A stretch of 64,000 nt of DNA from Acidimicrobiia bacterium (GTDB lineage: Bacteria; Actinomycetota; Acidimicrobiia; Spongiisociales; ZC4RG35), in NCBI GenBank assembly GCA_012270885.1, contig JAAXHN010000013.1, positions 1,432 to 65,431 on the forward strand, written 5' to 3'. This document shows, one piece after another, positions 1 to 9,783 of the stretch; the stretch's first letter is position 1; every line of letters starts with the position of its first letter. Below the pieces are notes generated by a model. It was given only the letters and a program-made list of their open reading frames with translations. It did not search any database and was not told the DNA's origin. Made by a program: the position numbers and the translations under genes.

Positions 1-294
1 CGATTGGTGCTCGTGGTCGTGGTGGCACTGTGCGTCGGGTTCGCCGTGTCGCTATCGGGCGGAATCGGATTCGTCGGTCTTGCGGCCCCTCACATCGCAC
101 GTCGGATCGTCGGACCGATCCACCGCCATCTGGTCCCGGCGTCGGCCGCCCTCGGCGCCATCATCCTCATCTGGGCCGATGTCGCGGCCCGCATGGCTCT
201 GCAACCCCGGGAACTACCGATCGGCGTAGTCACCGGGGTGCTCGGTGCGCCGGTCCTCGTCGCACTCGTCCGAAAGCTCCCCTACAACAACTGA
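1..294 (+). CDS. FecCD/BtuC-family iron-siderophore ABC permease, C-terminal fragment (gene starts upstream of window)
   Basis: Frame is open to the window edge. Hydrophobic TM segments and a tail of the form ...ELPIGVVTGVLGAPVLVALV are typical of FecCD permeases. A cognate binding protein and ATPase follow. Confidence 0.85.
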   Translation, partial: RLVLVVVVALCVGFAVSLSGGIGFVGLAAPHIARRIVGPIHRHLVPASAALGAIILIWADVAARMALQPRELPIGVVTGVLGAPVLVALVRKLPYNN

Positions 295-322
295 GCGCCA
301 CCGCGCTCGAGAAAGGAGAACT

Positions 323-1324
323 ATGAAACTGTTAGCATCGAGGCTGACGTCAGTCGCCTTGCTTGTCGTTTTGGGTCTATTGGCCGCGTCGTGTGGAGGC
401 AGCGACGACTCCTCCACCGCGCCTGTCTCGGCCGAGGACGCCGGATTCCCGCTGACCTTCACCAACTGCGGCAAAGAGTTCACCCTCGACTCCGCTCCCG
501 AGCGGGTGTTGATCATGGAGCCCGCTGCGCCTTCACTGCTATTTGCTGTCGGTGCTATGGATCGTGTGGTCGCCCGCATCGACGACTTTTCCGAGGAGTA
601 CTACAACCCCGACGAGATGGCCATCCTCGACACCGTTCCCGCTTTACAGGCCGAGTTCACCTCGACCGGCGGTGCCATGATCTCTATCGAAACGATCATC
701 GACTACGAGCCTGACATCGTCATCGGCTACGACACCGAGATTATCACCCACGACGCGCTCGCAGACGTCGGGATACAGCTCTACGTGATGCCTCCGTTCT
801 GCGACAACCCACCGGAGCCATCGTTCGAGAGCATCGTGGAAGAGGTCCGCCTCTACGGAAGACTCTTCGGCACGGAGGAGATAGCCAACGCCAGCGCCGC
901 CCAGATGGAGGCCGCTGTGACCGCGGCCGCCGATTCGCCGGTTGCAGAAGGCAAGACCGCTGTCGCGCTGGGTGTCGGCACCGGCGGCGGCCCCCTCTAC
1001 GCCTACTCCTCGCTCGGTATGGTCCACCCTTTGATGGAGGCCCTTGGCATGACCAATCCCTTCGCCGACTTCGGAGAGCGAGTGTTCGAGGTGTCCCTCG
1101 AAGAGATCATCGATCGCAACCCCGACATCCTGGTCCTGCTCTATTGGGAGGTCGACCTTCCCCCCGAGCAGGTTAGAGCGCTCGTCACCGATCTCCCGGG
1201 CGCGAGCAGCATAAAGGCGGTTGCCGAAGGCAAGGTCTACCCGCTCCAGTTCAACTTTGCCGAACCGCCATCACCGATCGTGGTGAGGGGACTGTCAGTT
1301 CTCGGCGACCAAATCGCTGAATGA
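323..1324 (+). CDS. Siderophore/cobalamin-type periplasmic binding lipoprotein (ABC substrate-binding protein)
   Basis: ATG at 323 gives MKLLASRLTSVALLVVLGLLAASCGG, a signal peptide plus lipobox Cys. Size and position between permease and ATPase fit. The longer ORF from 245 is an Arg/Ser-rich extension and was rejected. Confidence 0.85.
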   Translation: MKLLASRLTSVALLVVLGLLAASCGGSDDSSTAPVSAEDAGFPLTFTNCGKEFTLDSAPERVLIMEPAAPSLLFAVGAMDRVVARIDDFSEEYYNPDEMAILDTVPALQAEFTSTGGAMISIETIIDYEPDIVIGYDTEIITHDALADVGIQLYVMPPFCDNPPEPSFESIVEEVRLYGRLFGTEEIANASAAQMEAAVTAAADSPVAEGKTAVALGVGTGGGPLYAYSSLGMVHPLMEALGMTNPFADFGERVFEVSLEEIIDRNPDILVLLYWEVDLPPEQVRALVTDLPGASSIKAVAEGKVYPLQFNFAEPPSPIVVRGLSVLGDQIAE

Positions 1325-1331
1325 TAGACCC

Positions 1332-2096
1332 ATGATTTCGGCCACCGACATCGACCTGCGCCTCGGCGCAGTCGATGTCCTTTCCGGGGCGCAACTCTGT
1401 ACGCGCCCCGGAAAGGTGGTCGGCCTCATCGGGCCCAACGGCAGCGGCAAGTCGTCGCTCCTTCGTTGTCTGTATGGGATGCTTCGCCCGGACAGAGGCG
1501 CGGTACTCATCGGCGACGACCGGATCGAGTCGTTGACGCAACGCTTGATCGCCCGTGCGGTCGGAGTCGTGACCCAAGACGCCGCCGCCGACGGAATCGG
1601 GATCACGGTCGGCGAGTTCGTGCTGCTGGGTCGCCACGTTCATCGTGGCGACCATCAGGGTTTCACCAGCGACGACCACCGTATCACGCTCGAGGCATTG
1701 GAGTTGGTTAACATGGCGGGCTTCGCCGAGCGCAACCTCCAAGAGCTGTCAGGCGGGGAACGGCAACGGGTAATGATCGCCCGCTGCGTCGCACAGCGGA
1801 GCCCGGTGATGCTACTCGACGAGCCCACCAATCATCTCGATGTCCGCTACCAGCACGAGGTGCTCACCTTGGTTCGGAGCCTCGAGATGGACACGATCCT
1901 GGTGCTCCACGACCTCAACCTCGCCAGCCGCTACTGTCACCATCTAGTCCTCCTCGACCAAGGGAAGGTCGTGCACCAAGGTTTACCCGGAGACGTCCTG
2001 CGAAGCGATGTGCTCGAACCCGTCTACGGCATCGAGGTGCGACGACTGGCTGATGGGCGCCATTCCTACCTCGCGTTCGGTCCACCCGGACCGTGA
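1332..2096 (+). CDS. ABC transporter ATP-binding protein (FepC/FecE-like)
   Basis: Walker A GPNGSGKSS, signature LSGGERQR, Walker B MLLDEPTNHLD. Confidence 0.9.
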   Translation: MISATDIDLRLGAVDVLSGAQLCTRPGKVVGLIGPNGSGKSSLLRCLYGMLRPDRGAVLIGDDRIESLTQRLIARAVGVVTQDAAADGIGITVGEFVLLGRHVHRGDHQGFTSDDHRITLEALELVNMAGFAERNLQELSGGERQRVMIARCVAQRSPVMLLDEPTNHLDVRYQHEVLTLVRSLEMDTILVLHDLNLASRYCHHLVLLDQGKVVHQGLPGDVLRSDVLEPVYGIEVRRLADGRHSYLAFGPPGP

Positions 2097-2424
2097 TCGG
2101 CCGGTTGGTGACCGTGCCGCAAAGAGGTGATCCCCGCCCTCCGCAGGTTGCCGTCGAAGGTGGTTTTTTTGGCGGCCCCGGCAGCGCTCGATCAACTCTG
2201 GATCGACACCACCGACGTGGTGGGACCCTCCCATGCATCCGCCGCCCGAGCGATGCGTTCCTCGAATCCCCTCACTGTGGACTACTACCCGATCGCCAAC
2301 CATCCGACGGTGATGGTCGGCACCCAGATTGTGTAGAGGAACCGGACGCTGCGCCGGGATCCCTCGGCCAGCGCCTCCTCCAATGGCCCAGCGGGTGGAG
2401 GCGAGGAAGGCACGTGCACCCCAT

Positions 2425-4161
2425 ATGATGATCCACCGGCGCATCGTGGCGCTGACTGTCGGCGTGCGTCGGCTCTTGGCCCTCTCCATTGCGCTTGGCC
2501 TTGCCATCTCCGCCACCTGGGTTGCCCAAGGGGTGTTCATCGCGCTCGTCGTGCGACGAATCCTCGACGGCGGTGGCTGGGCTGCGATCGCCGGTTTCGT
2601 GGCCGCCGTCGCAGGCCTGACCTTGCTACGCGCGGCGTTACTCCTTGCCCGCGAAGTCCTGGCTAAGAAGGTCGCAGCGGTCGTCAAGACCAAACTGCGC
2701 CGCCGGTTGTTCGCTCAGTTGCTCCTGCTTGGACCCGGCTACCTGGAGCACACCGAAACGGGCAAGGTGCAATCGACCTTGGTCGATGGGGTCGAGGCCC
2801 TCGAGTCGTATGTTGGCTACTACCTGCCCCAGGCCGTGGTGTCGGTGGTCGTTCCCATAGGCATTGTCGGCGTTATCGTGGTTCTCGATCCGCTCATCGG
2901 CCTTGTCGTCCTGGCCTGTGCGCTGGCCGTGCCGCTCATCCCCCGGATCTGGGACCGCATCCTGGGAGAATACGGCCAGCGGCACTGGGCCGCGTATTCC
3001 TCGCTGGATGCCCAGTTCGTCGATTCCATGCAGGGCATGGTCACGCTGAAAGCGCTCAATGCGAGCGAACGGCGGGGGGAAGAGCTCCGCAGCTATAGCC
3101 ATGCTCTCTACCGCGCCACCATGGCACAGCTCTCGATCTCGATGATCCGCAACGGTCTGGTCGGGTTCGCGATGAGCGCCGGCGTGGCCCTGGCGGTCGG
3201 TATCGGAAGCTTCCAGGTGGCCGCCGGTGAGTTGGGCATCGCCGGTTTGCTCATCATCCTGTTCCTCTCCGCCGAGTGCTTTCGGCCGCTCGTCGAACTG
3301 GACGTCTACTGGCATGCCGGCTACATGGGCATCTCGGCTTCGACCGGCATCTTCGAGTTGCTCGACGCCGAACCGGGGGTACATGACGCGGCGGTCGAGC
3401 GGGCCGGCGACGCCGCGTCGCCCGGTGGGGGGATCGCCCTCCACAAAGTCACCTTTCGTTACTCGAGTGAGGCGCGCCCGGCTCTGGCGGATGTATCCCT
3501 GGAGATTGGGGAGGGCGAGACCGTGGCCATCGTTGGGCCCTCCGGCGCCGGCAAGACCACCATCGCATCGCTCCTTCTCCGGTTCTTCGATCCGCAGGAG
3601 GGCGGGCTGACATTCGGCGAATCCGACTTCCGCGACGTTCCCTTGGACGACCTGCGGCGTCACATCGGCTACGTCTCCCAGGACACGTACCTCTTCTATG
3701 GGACCATCGAGGACAATCTCCGGATCGGCCGGCCCGACGCCACGCCCGAAGAGATCAGGGACGCCGCCGAGAAGGCCAACATCCACGCCTTCATCCGGTC
3801 GCTTCCCGATGGCTACGGAACCATCGTCGGCGAGCGCGGCGCCAAGCTCTCGGGCGGCGAACGCCAGCGCATCGCCATCGCCCGCGCCCTCCTGAAGGAT
3901 GCGCCGGTGCTCATTCTCGATGAGGCCACCTCGAACCTCGACAGCGCCAACGAGGCGGCGATCCGACAGGCGCTCAGCCTCCTCACCCGGGGACGGACCA
4001 CCATCGTGATCGCCCATCGCCTCTCATCGGTCGTCCACGCCGACCGCATCGTGGTCCTCGACAACGGCCGGGTGGCGGAATCGGGCCGGCATGAGGATCT
4101 GGTGTCGCGCGATGGCCACTACTCGCAGTTGGTCCGCGCCCAGCGGGAGGGCGCCGCATGA
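2425..4161 (+). CDS. ABC transporter, fused transmembrane and ATP-binding protein (exporter-fold, CydD/IrtA/YbtP-like)
   Basis: N-terminal six-TM domain, then GPSGAGKTT, LSGGERQRIAIARA, LILDEATSNLD. Start chosen at ATGATG 2425 (MMIHRRIVALTV...). The ORF track start at 2329 is possible. Confidence 0.85.
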   Translation: MMIHRRIVALTVGVRRLLALSIALGLAISATWVAQGVFIALVVRRILDGGGWAAIAGFVAAVAGLTLLRAALLLAREVLAKKVAAVVKTKLRRRLFAQLLLLGPGYLEHTETGKVQSTLVDGVEALESYVGYYLPQAVVSVVVPIGIVGVIVVLDPLIGLVVLACALAVPLIPRIWDRILGEYGQRHWAAYSSLDAQFVDSMQGMVTLKALNASERRGEELRSYSHALYRATMAQLSISMIRNGLVGFAMSAGVALAVGIGSFQVAAGELGIAGLLIILFLSAECFRPLVELDVYWHAGYMGISASTGIFELLDAEPGVHDAAVERAGDAASPGGGIALHKVTFRYSSEARPALADVSLEIGEGETVAIVGPSGAGKTTIASLLLRFFDPQEGGLTFGESDFRDVPLDDLRRHIGYVSQDTYLFYGTIEDNLRIGRPDATPEEIRDAAEKANIHAFIRSLPDGYGTIVGERGAKLSGGERQRIAIARALLKDAPVLILDEATSNLDSANEAAIRQALSLLTRGRTTIVIAHRLSSVVHADRIVVLDNGRVAESGRHEDLVSRDGHYSQLVRAQREGAA

Positions 4162-5969
4162 GCGTGACGGCCGACCGAGCCAGTACGCCGGCGCTGAACG
4201 GCCGGAAGGGGACCCGGTTCTCGTCCGGGTTCTGGCAACTGCTCTGGATGATCCGCAGCTACTTCGGCCTGATGACCCTGTCGATGGTGACGGGCGTGTT
4301 GAACCACGGCGCCACGATTGCCGCCGCGGCGCTCGGCGCCTACATGGTCGGCCAGGTAGCCGGAGGGGCGACGGCCGCCGACCTTCGCGGCCCTGCGGCT
4401 GCGCTGGCGGCCGCCGTCATCCTTCGGGCCGTGATGGCCTGGGCGGAGATGTGGCTGTCGCACGACCTGGCCTACCGGATCCTCGCCGACCTTCGCGGCC
4501 ACCTGTATTCGGCTCTCGAGCGGCTCGCCCCCGGGTACCTCATCCAGCGGCGTTCCGGCGACGTGGCTTCCGCCGCCATGGCCGACATCGAAACCGTCGA
4601 GTGGTTCTACGCCCATACCGTCGGAACGTTCTTCGTGGCCGTGCTGGTGCCGTCCCTGGCATTCGTGACGCTGGGAGGGATGCACTGGACCCTGCCGCTC
4701 ACGCTTTTGCCGTTCGCGCTCCTGGTGGCCGGCGTGCCGTTCGTCCTGCGGCGCCGCGCGGCCCGGCAGGGCGAGGCGCTGAGAGCCGACCTCGGCAACC
4801 TGAACGCGGAGGTTGTGGATGGGGTCCAGGGCCTGCGGGAGCTGGTGTCCTTCGGGTACCAGCGGAGGTTCCTCGCCAACCTCGAGTCCCACAGCAACCG
4901 GCTGGTCCGCTCGCAACTGGCCCATGGGATGCGCTCCGGTGTCGAACAGGCTGCGGTGGCGGCATTCATGAGCGGCGGCATGCTGAGCGTCATCGCGGTC
5001 GCGGCGGTCCAGGTCTCCCGTGGAGAGCTGGATCCCACCCTCTATCCGGTGGCGGTCACGCTGGCTATCTTCGTGTTCGGCCCGATTCACGCCATCGCCT
5101 CGGTTGCCCAGAACCTCGGGATCGTCTTCGCCTCGGCCGACCGCGCCTTCCACCTGCTGCGCGAACCGGCGCCGGTGACGGACGCGCCGGGAGCAGCACC
5201 CCCGGATTCAGACCCCGAGCCCAGGGTCAGTTTCGCGGGAGTGACCTTTGGCTATCCCGGCGGAGGGGATCCCGCCCTCCGGGATGTCTCATTCGAGATT
5301 GCGCCCGGGGAGACCGTGGCGCTGGTGGGCCACTCCGGGGCAGGGAAGACCACCTGCGCCAGCCTGCTCATGCGATTCTGGGACGCCGACGCCGGGACCA
5401 TCGCCATCGGGGGCCACGACGTGCGCAAACTGCCCCAGCGCTATCTTCGAGAGATCATCGGCTGGGTGCCCCAGGACATCTACCTGTTCAATTCGAGCCT
5501 GCGGGAGAACATTCGCATGGCGCGCCCCGGCGCCACCGACACCGAGGTCGAGAATGCAGCACGGGCGGCCCAGGCGCATGAATTCATCATCGACATGCCC
5601 GGCGGATACGACACCGTCGCAGGCGAGCGCGGCGTCCAGATGTCCGGTGGCCAGCGCCAGCGCATCGCCATCGCCCGGACCCTGCTGAAGGACTCACCGG
5701 TATTCGTCCTCGACGAAGCAGTGTCGAGTCTCGACGCTCGCAACGAGCAGGAACTCAACCTGGCGCTCCATGCCGTCCGCGAGGGGAGGGCAACCCTCGT
5801 CATCGCTCACCGGCTGTCGACGATTCGCAGCGCCGACCGGATCGTGGTCCTCGAGGAAGGGCGAGTCGTGGAGCAGGGCACCCATGACGGCCTCCTGGCT
5901 CACGGCCACACCTACCCCTTACTGATCGCAGCACAGACCGAAGCGGCCCACCGGGTCCCTACCGAGTAG
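4158..5969 (+). CDS. ABC transporter, fused transmembrane and ATP-binding protein (partner of the previous gene, CydC/IrtB/YbtQ-like)
   Basis: ATGA overlap with the upstream gene at 4158-4161. GHSGAGKTT, MSGGQRQRIAIAR, FVLDEAVSSLD. Confidence 0.9.
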   Translation: MSVTADRASTPALNGRKGTRFSSGFWQLLWMIRSYFGLMTLSMVTGVLNHGATIAAAALGAYMVGQVAGGATAADLRGPAAALAAAVILRAVMAWAEMWLSHDLAYRILADLRGHLYSALERLAPGYLIQRRSGDVASAAMADIETVEWFYAHTVGTFFVAVLVPSLAFVTLGGMHWTLPLTLLPFALLVAGVPFVLRRRAARQGEALRADLGNLNAEVVDGVQGLRELVSFGYQRRFLANLESHSNRLVRSQLAHGMRSGVEQAAVAAFMSGGMLSVIAVAAVQVSRGELDPTLYPVAVTLAIFVFGPIHAIASVAQNLGIVFASADRAFHLLREPAPVTDAPGAAPPDSDPEPRVSFAGVTFGYPGGGDPALRDVSFEIAPGETVALVGHSGAGKTTCASLLMRFWDADAGTIAIGGHDVRKLPQRYLREIIGWVPQDIYLFNSSLRENIRMARPGATDTEVENAARAAQAHEFIIDMPGGYDTVAGERGVQMSGGQRQRIAIARTLLKDSPVFVLDEAVSSLDARNEQELNLALHAVREGRATLVIAHRLSTIRSADRIVVLEEGRVVEQGTHDGLLAHGHTYPLLIAAQTEAAHRVPTE

Positions 5970-6333
5970 GCACTGGGCGAGTCCGATAGGGCGTAGGGCG
6001 GGTCGCTAACGGCAGGCGGAGGCAAGGTCAAAGCCGTTCACCGCGAAGCCGAAAGTGGATTCTCTGTGCATTGCAAGGCGAATGTTCGCTGCACCCCTCC
6101 CCTTGCCGTGTGACAGCCTGGTTCCGAGAATGTGTTCAAAGGACACCCCGTTGCCAACCCCATATCCCGTTTGGTTAAACGGCGGCGGCAGTTGACTACC
6201 ACCCCCGACTGCCACTAGGACAGCTAGGAGGGACTTCGGGGAGGACGCCACAATTGAGATGAAACTGAACGGTTGTCAAAACTGAAACACTGCCTGCCCC
6301 CGATATCGCGCGGGAGACCCTACACTGGCCTTC

Positions 6334-6516
6334 ATGTCAACACGGGATAACCTCGTCAGGGTTGACGACGAAGATTGCGACCTGGCAGCACTGGATGCTC
6401 GCATGGGGGTCATAGATGACCCCACTGGCGACTATGAAGCAGGTCGTACCATCTTCCACCCCACCACCGACGACTTCCTGGAGTTCCTAGCCTCGCAACC
6501 CTACGAATCGGATTAA
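6334..6516 (+). CDS. Hypothetical small acidic protein (possible antitoxin partner)
   Basis: 60-aa Asp/Glu-rich ORF 23 nt upstream of the RelE/ParE-like ORF, in a lower-G+C patch. No recognisable motif. Confidence 0.3.
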   Translation: MSTRDNLVRVDDEDCDLAALDARMGVIDDPTGDYEAGRTIFHPTTDDFLEFLASQPYESD

Positions 6517-6539
6517 CCGTTCCACCGGGGGGAGGGGCC

Positions 6540-6842
6540 GTGCCAACATACCAGCAGACCGAGACCTTCATACGGGACTTCAGGAGACTTTCGAGAGAGG
6601 AACGAGAGGCGTTCCTCAAGGCATTGGCACGATTCGTTTTCGACATTGCAAGCATGGAGGCAGGGGAGAAGGACACATTCCGCCCGGGACTCCGGGTTAA
6701 AGGGGTGCACGGGCGGCGGAACCTATTTGAAATGAGCTGGGCGCACGATGGCCGAGCCACCTTCATGTGGGGAAACCCGGTATATGAAGGCAAGCGGCAT
6801 GTCATCTGGATCCGATGCGGCGACCACAACATTCTGCCTTAA
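6540..6842 (+). CDS. Putative RelE/ParE-superfamily toxin-like protein
   Basis: 100 aa. The pattern F..DFRRL...R..F..AL..FV ... LRVKGVHG..NLFEMSW..DGRATF ... HVIWIRCGDHNIL resembles RelE/ParE-fold toxins. Recognised by eye only. Confidence 0.4.
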   Translation: MPTYQQTETFIRDFRRLSREEREAFLKALARFVFDIASMEAGEKDTFRPGLRVKGVHGRRNLFEMSWAHDGRATFMWGNPVYEGKRHVIWIRCGDHNILP

Positions 6843-6898
6843 CTCCACGACCCTCCTTGGCTAACCCAATAATCCTCAGGAACCAGCTATAGCCGGCA

Positions 6899-9568
6899 GT
6901 GGGACGACACGCTGCGGGATATCCCTATAGTCCGATAGTGTTCCGCAGGCTGATTGTCGCGACCTTCCTGGTGTTCCTGGTCCCTGCCGTCGCGGCTGAT
7001 GCCCACCACACCCCCGGGTTCGACTTTCAAGGCTCGGGATGGGGCCATGGCGTCGGGATGGGCCAGTGGGGCGCCCGCGGACAGGCGCTTGAGGACCCCG
7101 CCAAGTCGGGGGAGGACATCGCCGCCCACTACTTCCCGGGCTCGGAACCGGCCTCCCTGGGGGACCTCTCCCTTCCCAACGATCTGTTAGAGACGCTGGA
7201 CAATCCGCTGTGGGTCAATCTGGCTTCCCAGGTCACCCTGCTGGAGTTCACCGCGGTGGGCGGCCAACTGGACCTGTGCCTGGCCGGCGACGGTGAGGGT
7301 CCCTGCCCGAAGCCCCAGCACCCCCGGTCGGGCGAGCGATGGGAGTTCCGCCGCATCGCCGCCGGCCGGTGCGGGTTCTTCCATGGGGGCGAGTTGCAGG
7401 GTACGGCTGGCGCCTGCCGAGCCTCCATCTCGTGGCCCGACGCCAGGGGGGTCCGGCTCCGCCACGGGGAGGACAGGACCAAGCTGTGCCTAGCCCGGGT
7501 CCGCGAAGAGTGCGAGTACCGGCACGGGGAGTTGAAGATGCGTGACGACCCGGTCGAGACCGGGTTCCACGTGGTCCTGGCGGTCGGGATCGAGGACTAC
7601 CTGAGGGGTGTCGCCGAACTTCCCGACGACTGGACCGAACCGGGGGTGAACCAAGCCCAGGCGGTCACCGCCCGCTCCTACGCCGCCTTCAAGTTCTTCC
7701 TGTGGGAAACCAGGGCCCGTCCCGCCAATCCCGACGAAGACCCTGGGATCAATGACGCCCGAAAGGACACCTGCTGGTGCCACCTCTACGACAGTTGGCG
7801 CGACATCAACTACATCGGCTGGACGAAGGAGGCCCGATCGGCCTCACAACCTTGGCTCGACGGGGTGGAGACCACCACAGACCGGGTGCTCACGTACTTC
7901 GGCGACGACTGGGAGAGGGTCACGAAGGGTGGGATCGTGCAGACGTTCTTCTCCGCCTCCTCGGGTGGGATCACCCGCAGCAACGTGTACGGGTTCCGCA
8001 CCGTGCGGGACGGCAACACGTCGGCCCGCCAGTGGCCCTACCTGACGCGGGTCGCCGATCCATGGGACATCGATCCGGCGGTGGGCAACCCGCACGCCTC
8101 CTGGGAGGAACGGGTGAGCGCGGCGGACATCGCAAGATGGCTGGGATGGGATGATGTCACGGAAGCGGCCCTGGTGACGAGAGCGTCAGTGTCCTCGCCC
8201 ACCCAGGTCCTGTTCCGGGGGGTCCGCAACGGCCAAGAAGTGTCGGTCACGATTTCCGGCGACGGGCTGCGGACCGCCCTGGGCCTCAAGTCCTCCAACA
8301 TCACCGCCATCGACGGCGTGGCCCCGGCCGATCCAGCCCCGGGCGACGGCGGCCCCGAGAAGCCCCCCGAGCCGGACGCCTTCGATGACGATGCCGGCGA
8401 CATCCACGAACCGTCCATCAACCGCCTGGCAGCGGTGGGCGTCCTGGACCGCACCGAGTGTGGTGAGCGGCAGATCTGTCCCGACGATCCTCTCCCGCGT
8501 TGGGTGATGGCGGTGTGGATGATCCGGATCCTCGACCAGGTTCCTGACGCACCCGATGCCCTTACGCGATTCGAGGATGTGGAACCCGACTCCTGGTGGA
8601 CGCCGTACGTGGAACGCCTGGCCGAGATAGGGGTGACCAAGGGCTGCAACACCGACCCGCTGCAATACTGCCCCGACCAGCCGGTCAGCCGAGCGCAGAT
8701 GGCCAGCTTCTTGGTCCGGGCCCTCAACCTCCCTCCCGCTCCCCCGGCGGGATTCACCGACACCGCGGGCAACACGCACCAGGCCGACATCGACGCCCTG
8801 GCGGCGGCACGCGTCACTAAGGGCTGTTCAACCGACCCGCTCGGCTACTGTCCGGAGCGGCCGGTTTCTCGAGGAGAGATGGCCACCTTCCTGACCCGAG
8901 CCCTCGAACTCGACTCGACCCCTGCCTTAGAGCCGGTCCGGTTCGATTTCTCATTGGAGCTCGACTCCGAGGGCTGGGTGGCCGGTTTTGCGGACCTCCC
9001 GGTGGACTACGACCCGTCGATCTACGAGCTGGACAGCGGGCACCGCGCCCTGCCCGAGGGTCTCCATGGCGCAGGCATTTACGTTCAGGGACACAACCGC
9101 AGCGCCGATCTGTTCATATACCTGAAGCGACGAGTGGACGGCCTGGTCCCGATGACCTCCTACGAGGTGGCGGTGAGGGTGGAACTTGCGACCAACGTTG
9201 CGGCGGGACTAATCGGGATCGGTGGTTCCCCCGGAGAGAGCGTGTTCGTGAAGGCGGGTGCCTCCACCATCGAGCCGGCAACCGTGATAGACGGCATCGA
9301 CCATTCCCGGATGAACATCGACAAGGGCAACCAGTCCCAGGGCGGGACACAGATGGTCGTGATCGGCGACTTGGCCCATCCCGACGTGGTAAACAACGAG
9401 TTTCGAATCAAGACCCTCGACAACTCAAGCTCGCCCGTGATCGTGGAGGCCGACCGCACAGGCAGCGCCTGGCTGCTAGTGGGCACCGACTCAGGCTTCG
9501 AGGGCCTCACCCGCCTGTACTATGACCGGATCTCCTACACCCTCACACCGGTTGCGCCACCAAGCTAA
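6899..9568 (+). CDS. SpoIID/LytB-domain protein with three SLH-like repeats and an uncharacterised C-terminal domain
   Basis: N-terminal TM/signal segment. GWGHGVGMGQWGA and FSASSGGIT motifs of SpoIID/LytB. Three ~55-aa repeats of the form F.D....H...I..LA..GVTKGC..DP..YCP...V.R..MA.FL.RAL (about 8390-8930). The ~230-aa C-terminal domain has no recognisable motif. Non-ATG start in the ORF track, so the exact start is uncertain. Confidence 0.8.
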   Translation: MGRHAAGYPYSPIVFRRLIVATFLVFLVPAVAADAHHTPGFDFQGSGWGHGVGMGQWGARGQALEDPAKSGEDIAAHYFPGSEPASLGDLSLPNDLLETLDNPLWVNLASQVTLLEFTAVGGQLDLCLAGDGEGPCPKPQHPRSGERWEFRRIAAGRCGFFHGGELQGTAGACRASISWPDARGVRLRHGEDRTKLCLARVREECEYRHGELKMRDDPVETGFHVVLAVGIEDYLRGVAELPDDWTEPGVNQAQAVTARSYAAFKFFLWETRARPANPDEDPGINDARKDTCWCHLYDSWRDINYIGWTKEARSASQPWLDGVETTTDRVLTYFGDDWERVTKGGIVQTFFSASSGGITRSNVYGFRTVRDGNTSARQWPYLTRVADPWDIDPAVGNPHASWEERVSAADIARWLGWDDVTEAALVTRASVSSPTQVLFRGVRNGQEVSVTISGDGLRTALGLKSSNITAIDGVAPADPAPGDGGPEKPPEPDAFDDDAGDIHEPSINRLAAVGVLDRTECGERQICPDDPLPRWVMAVWMIRILDQVPDAPDALTRFEDVEPDSWWTPYVERLAEIGVTKGCNTDPLQYCPDQPVSRAQMASFLVRALNLPPAPPAGFTDTAGNTHQADIDALAAARVTKGCSTDPLGYCPERPVSRGEMATFLTRALELDSTPALEPVRFDFSLELDSEGWVAGFADLPVDYDPSIYELDSGHRALPEGLHGAGIYVQGHNRSADLFIYLKRRVDGLVPMTSYEVAVRVELATNVAAGLIGIGGSPGESVFVKAGASTIEPATVIDGIDHSRMNIDKGNQSQGGTQMVVIGDLAHPDVVNNEFRIKTLDNSSSPVIVEADRTGSAWLLVGTDSGFEGLTRLYYDRISYTLTPVAPPS

Positions 9569-9783
9569 CCGCGCCAAAAACCCGAGAAAGACCAGAAGCC
9601 GAGCTGGACATCAGCCCGGAGAGTCACTAGTAGTGGTCACTCGGCGAGACCTCTCTAAGCCTGGATTCACCGATTGGTTTGGGGTTGGTGGGGTGTGAAA
9701 TGTGTTGGAGTGCCTCTCTGACCTGGGAAAATAGCTATTACGAAAAGACGGCTATTGCCCTGGCGGAGGAGGCACTTCTTGTG

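Noticed and set aside
2638-4017. Long antisense or out-of-frame ORFs throughout the high-G+C parts. Examples: 2638..4017(-), 4091..5581(+), 4119..5153(-), 25954..27108(+), 26748..28319(+), 44023..46359(-), 47264..49510(+), 47877..49091(-), 49737..51542(+), 54834..56261(-), 56050..57897(-), 60065..62071(-).
   Set aside because: They overlap genes with clear family motifs and have Arg/Gly/Pro/His-rich, motif-less translations typical of shadow frames in GC-rich DNA. No independent support.
6006-6251. 81-aa minus-strand ORF with a hydrophobic N-terminus in the 5.97-6.33 kb spacer.
   Set aside because: No motif, no obvious ribosome-binding site, weak coding look. Left unannotated.
6843-6870. Partial similarity (ccacgaccctcc) to the tRNA-Lys T-arm region as a distal att repeat, which would extend the island to 6.85 kb.
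   Set aside because: It is only about 11 nt with an indel, and it does not cover the tRNA 3' acceptor end expected in att sites. The intervening SpoIID gene has native-looking composition.
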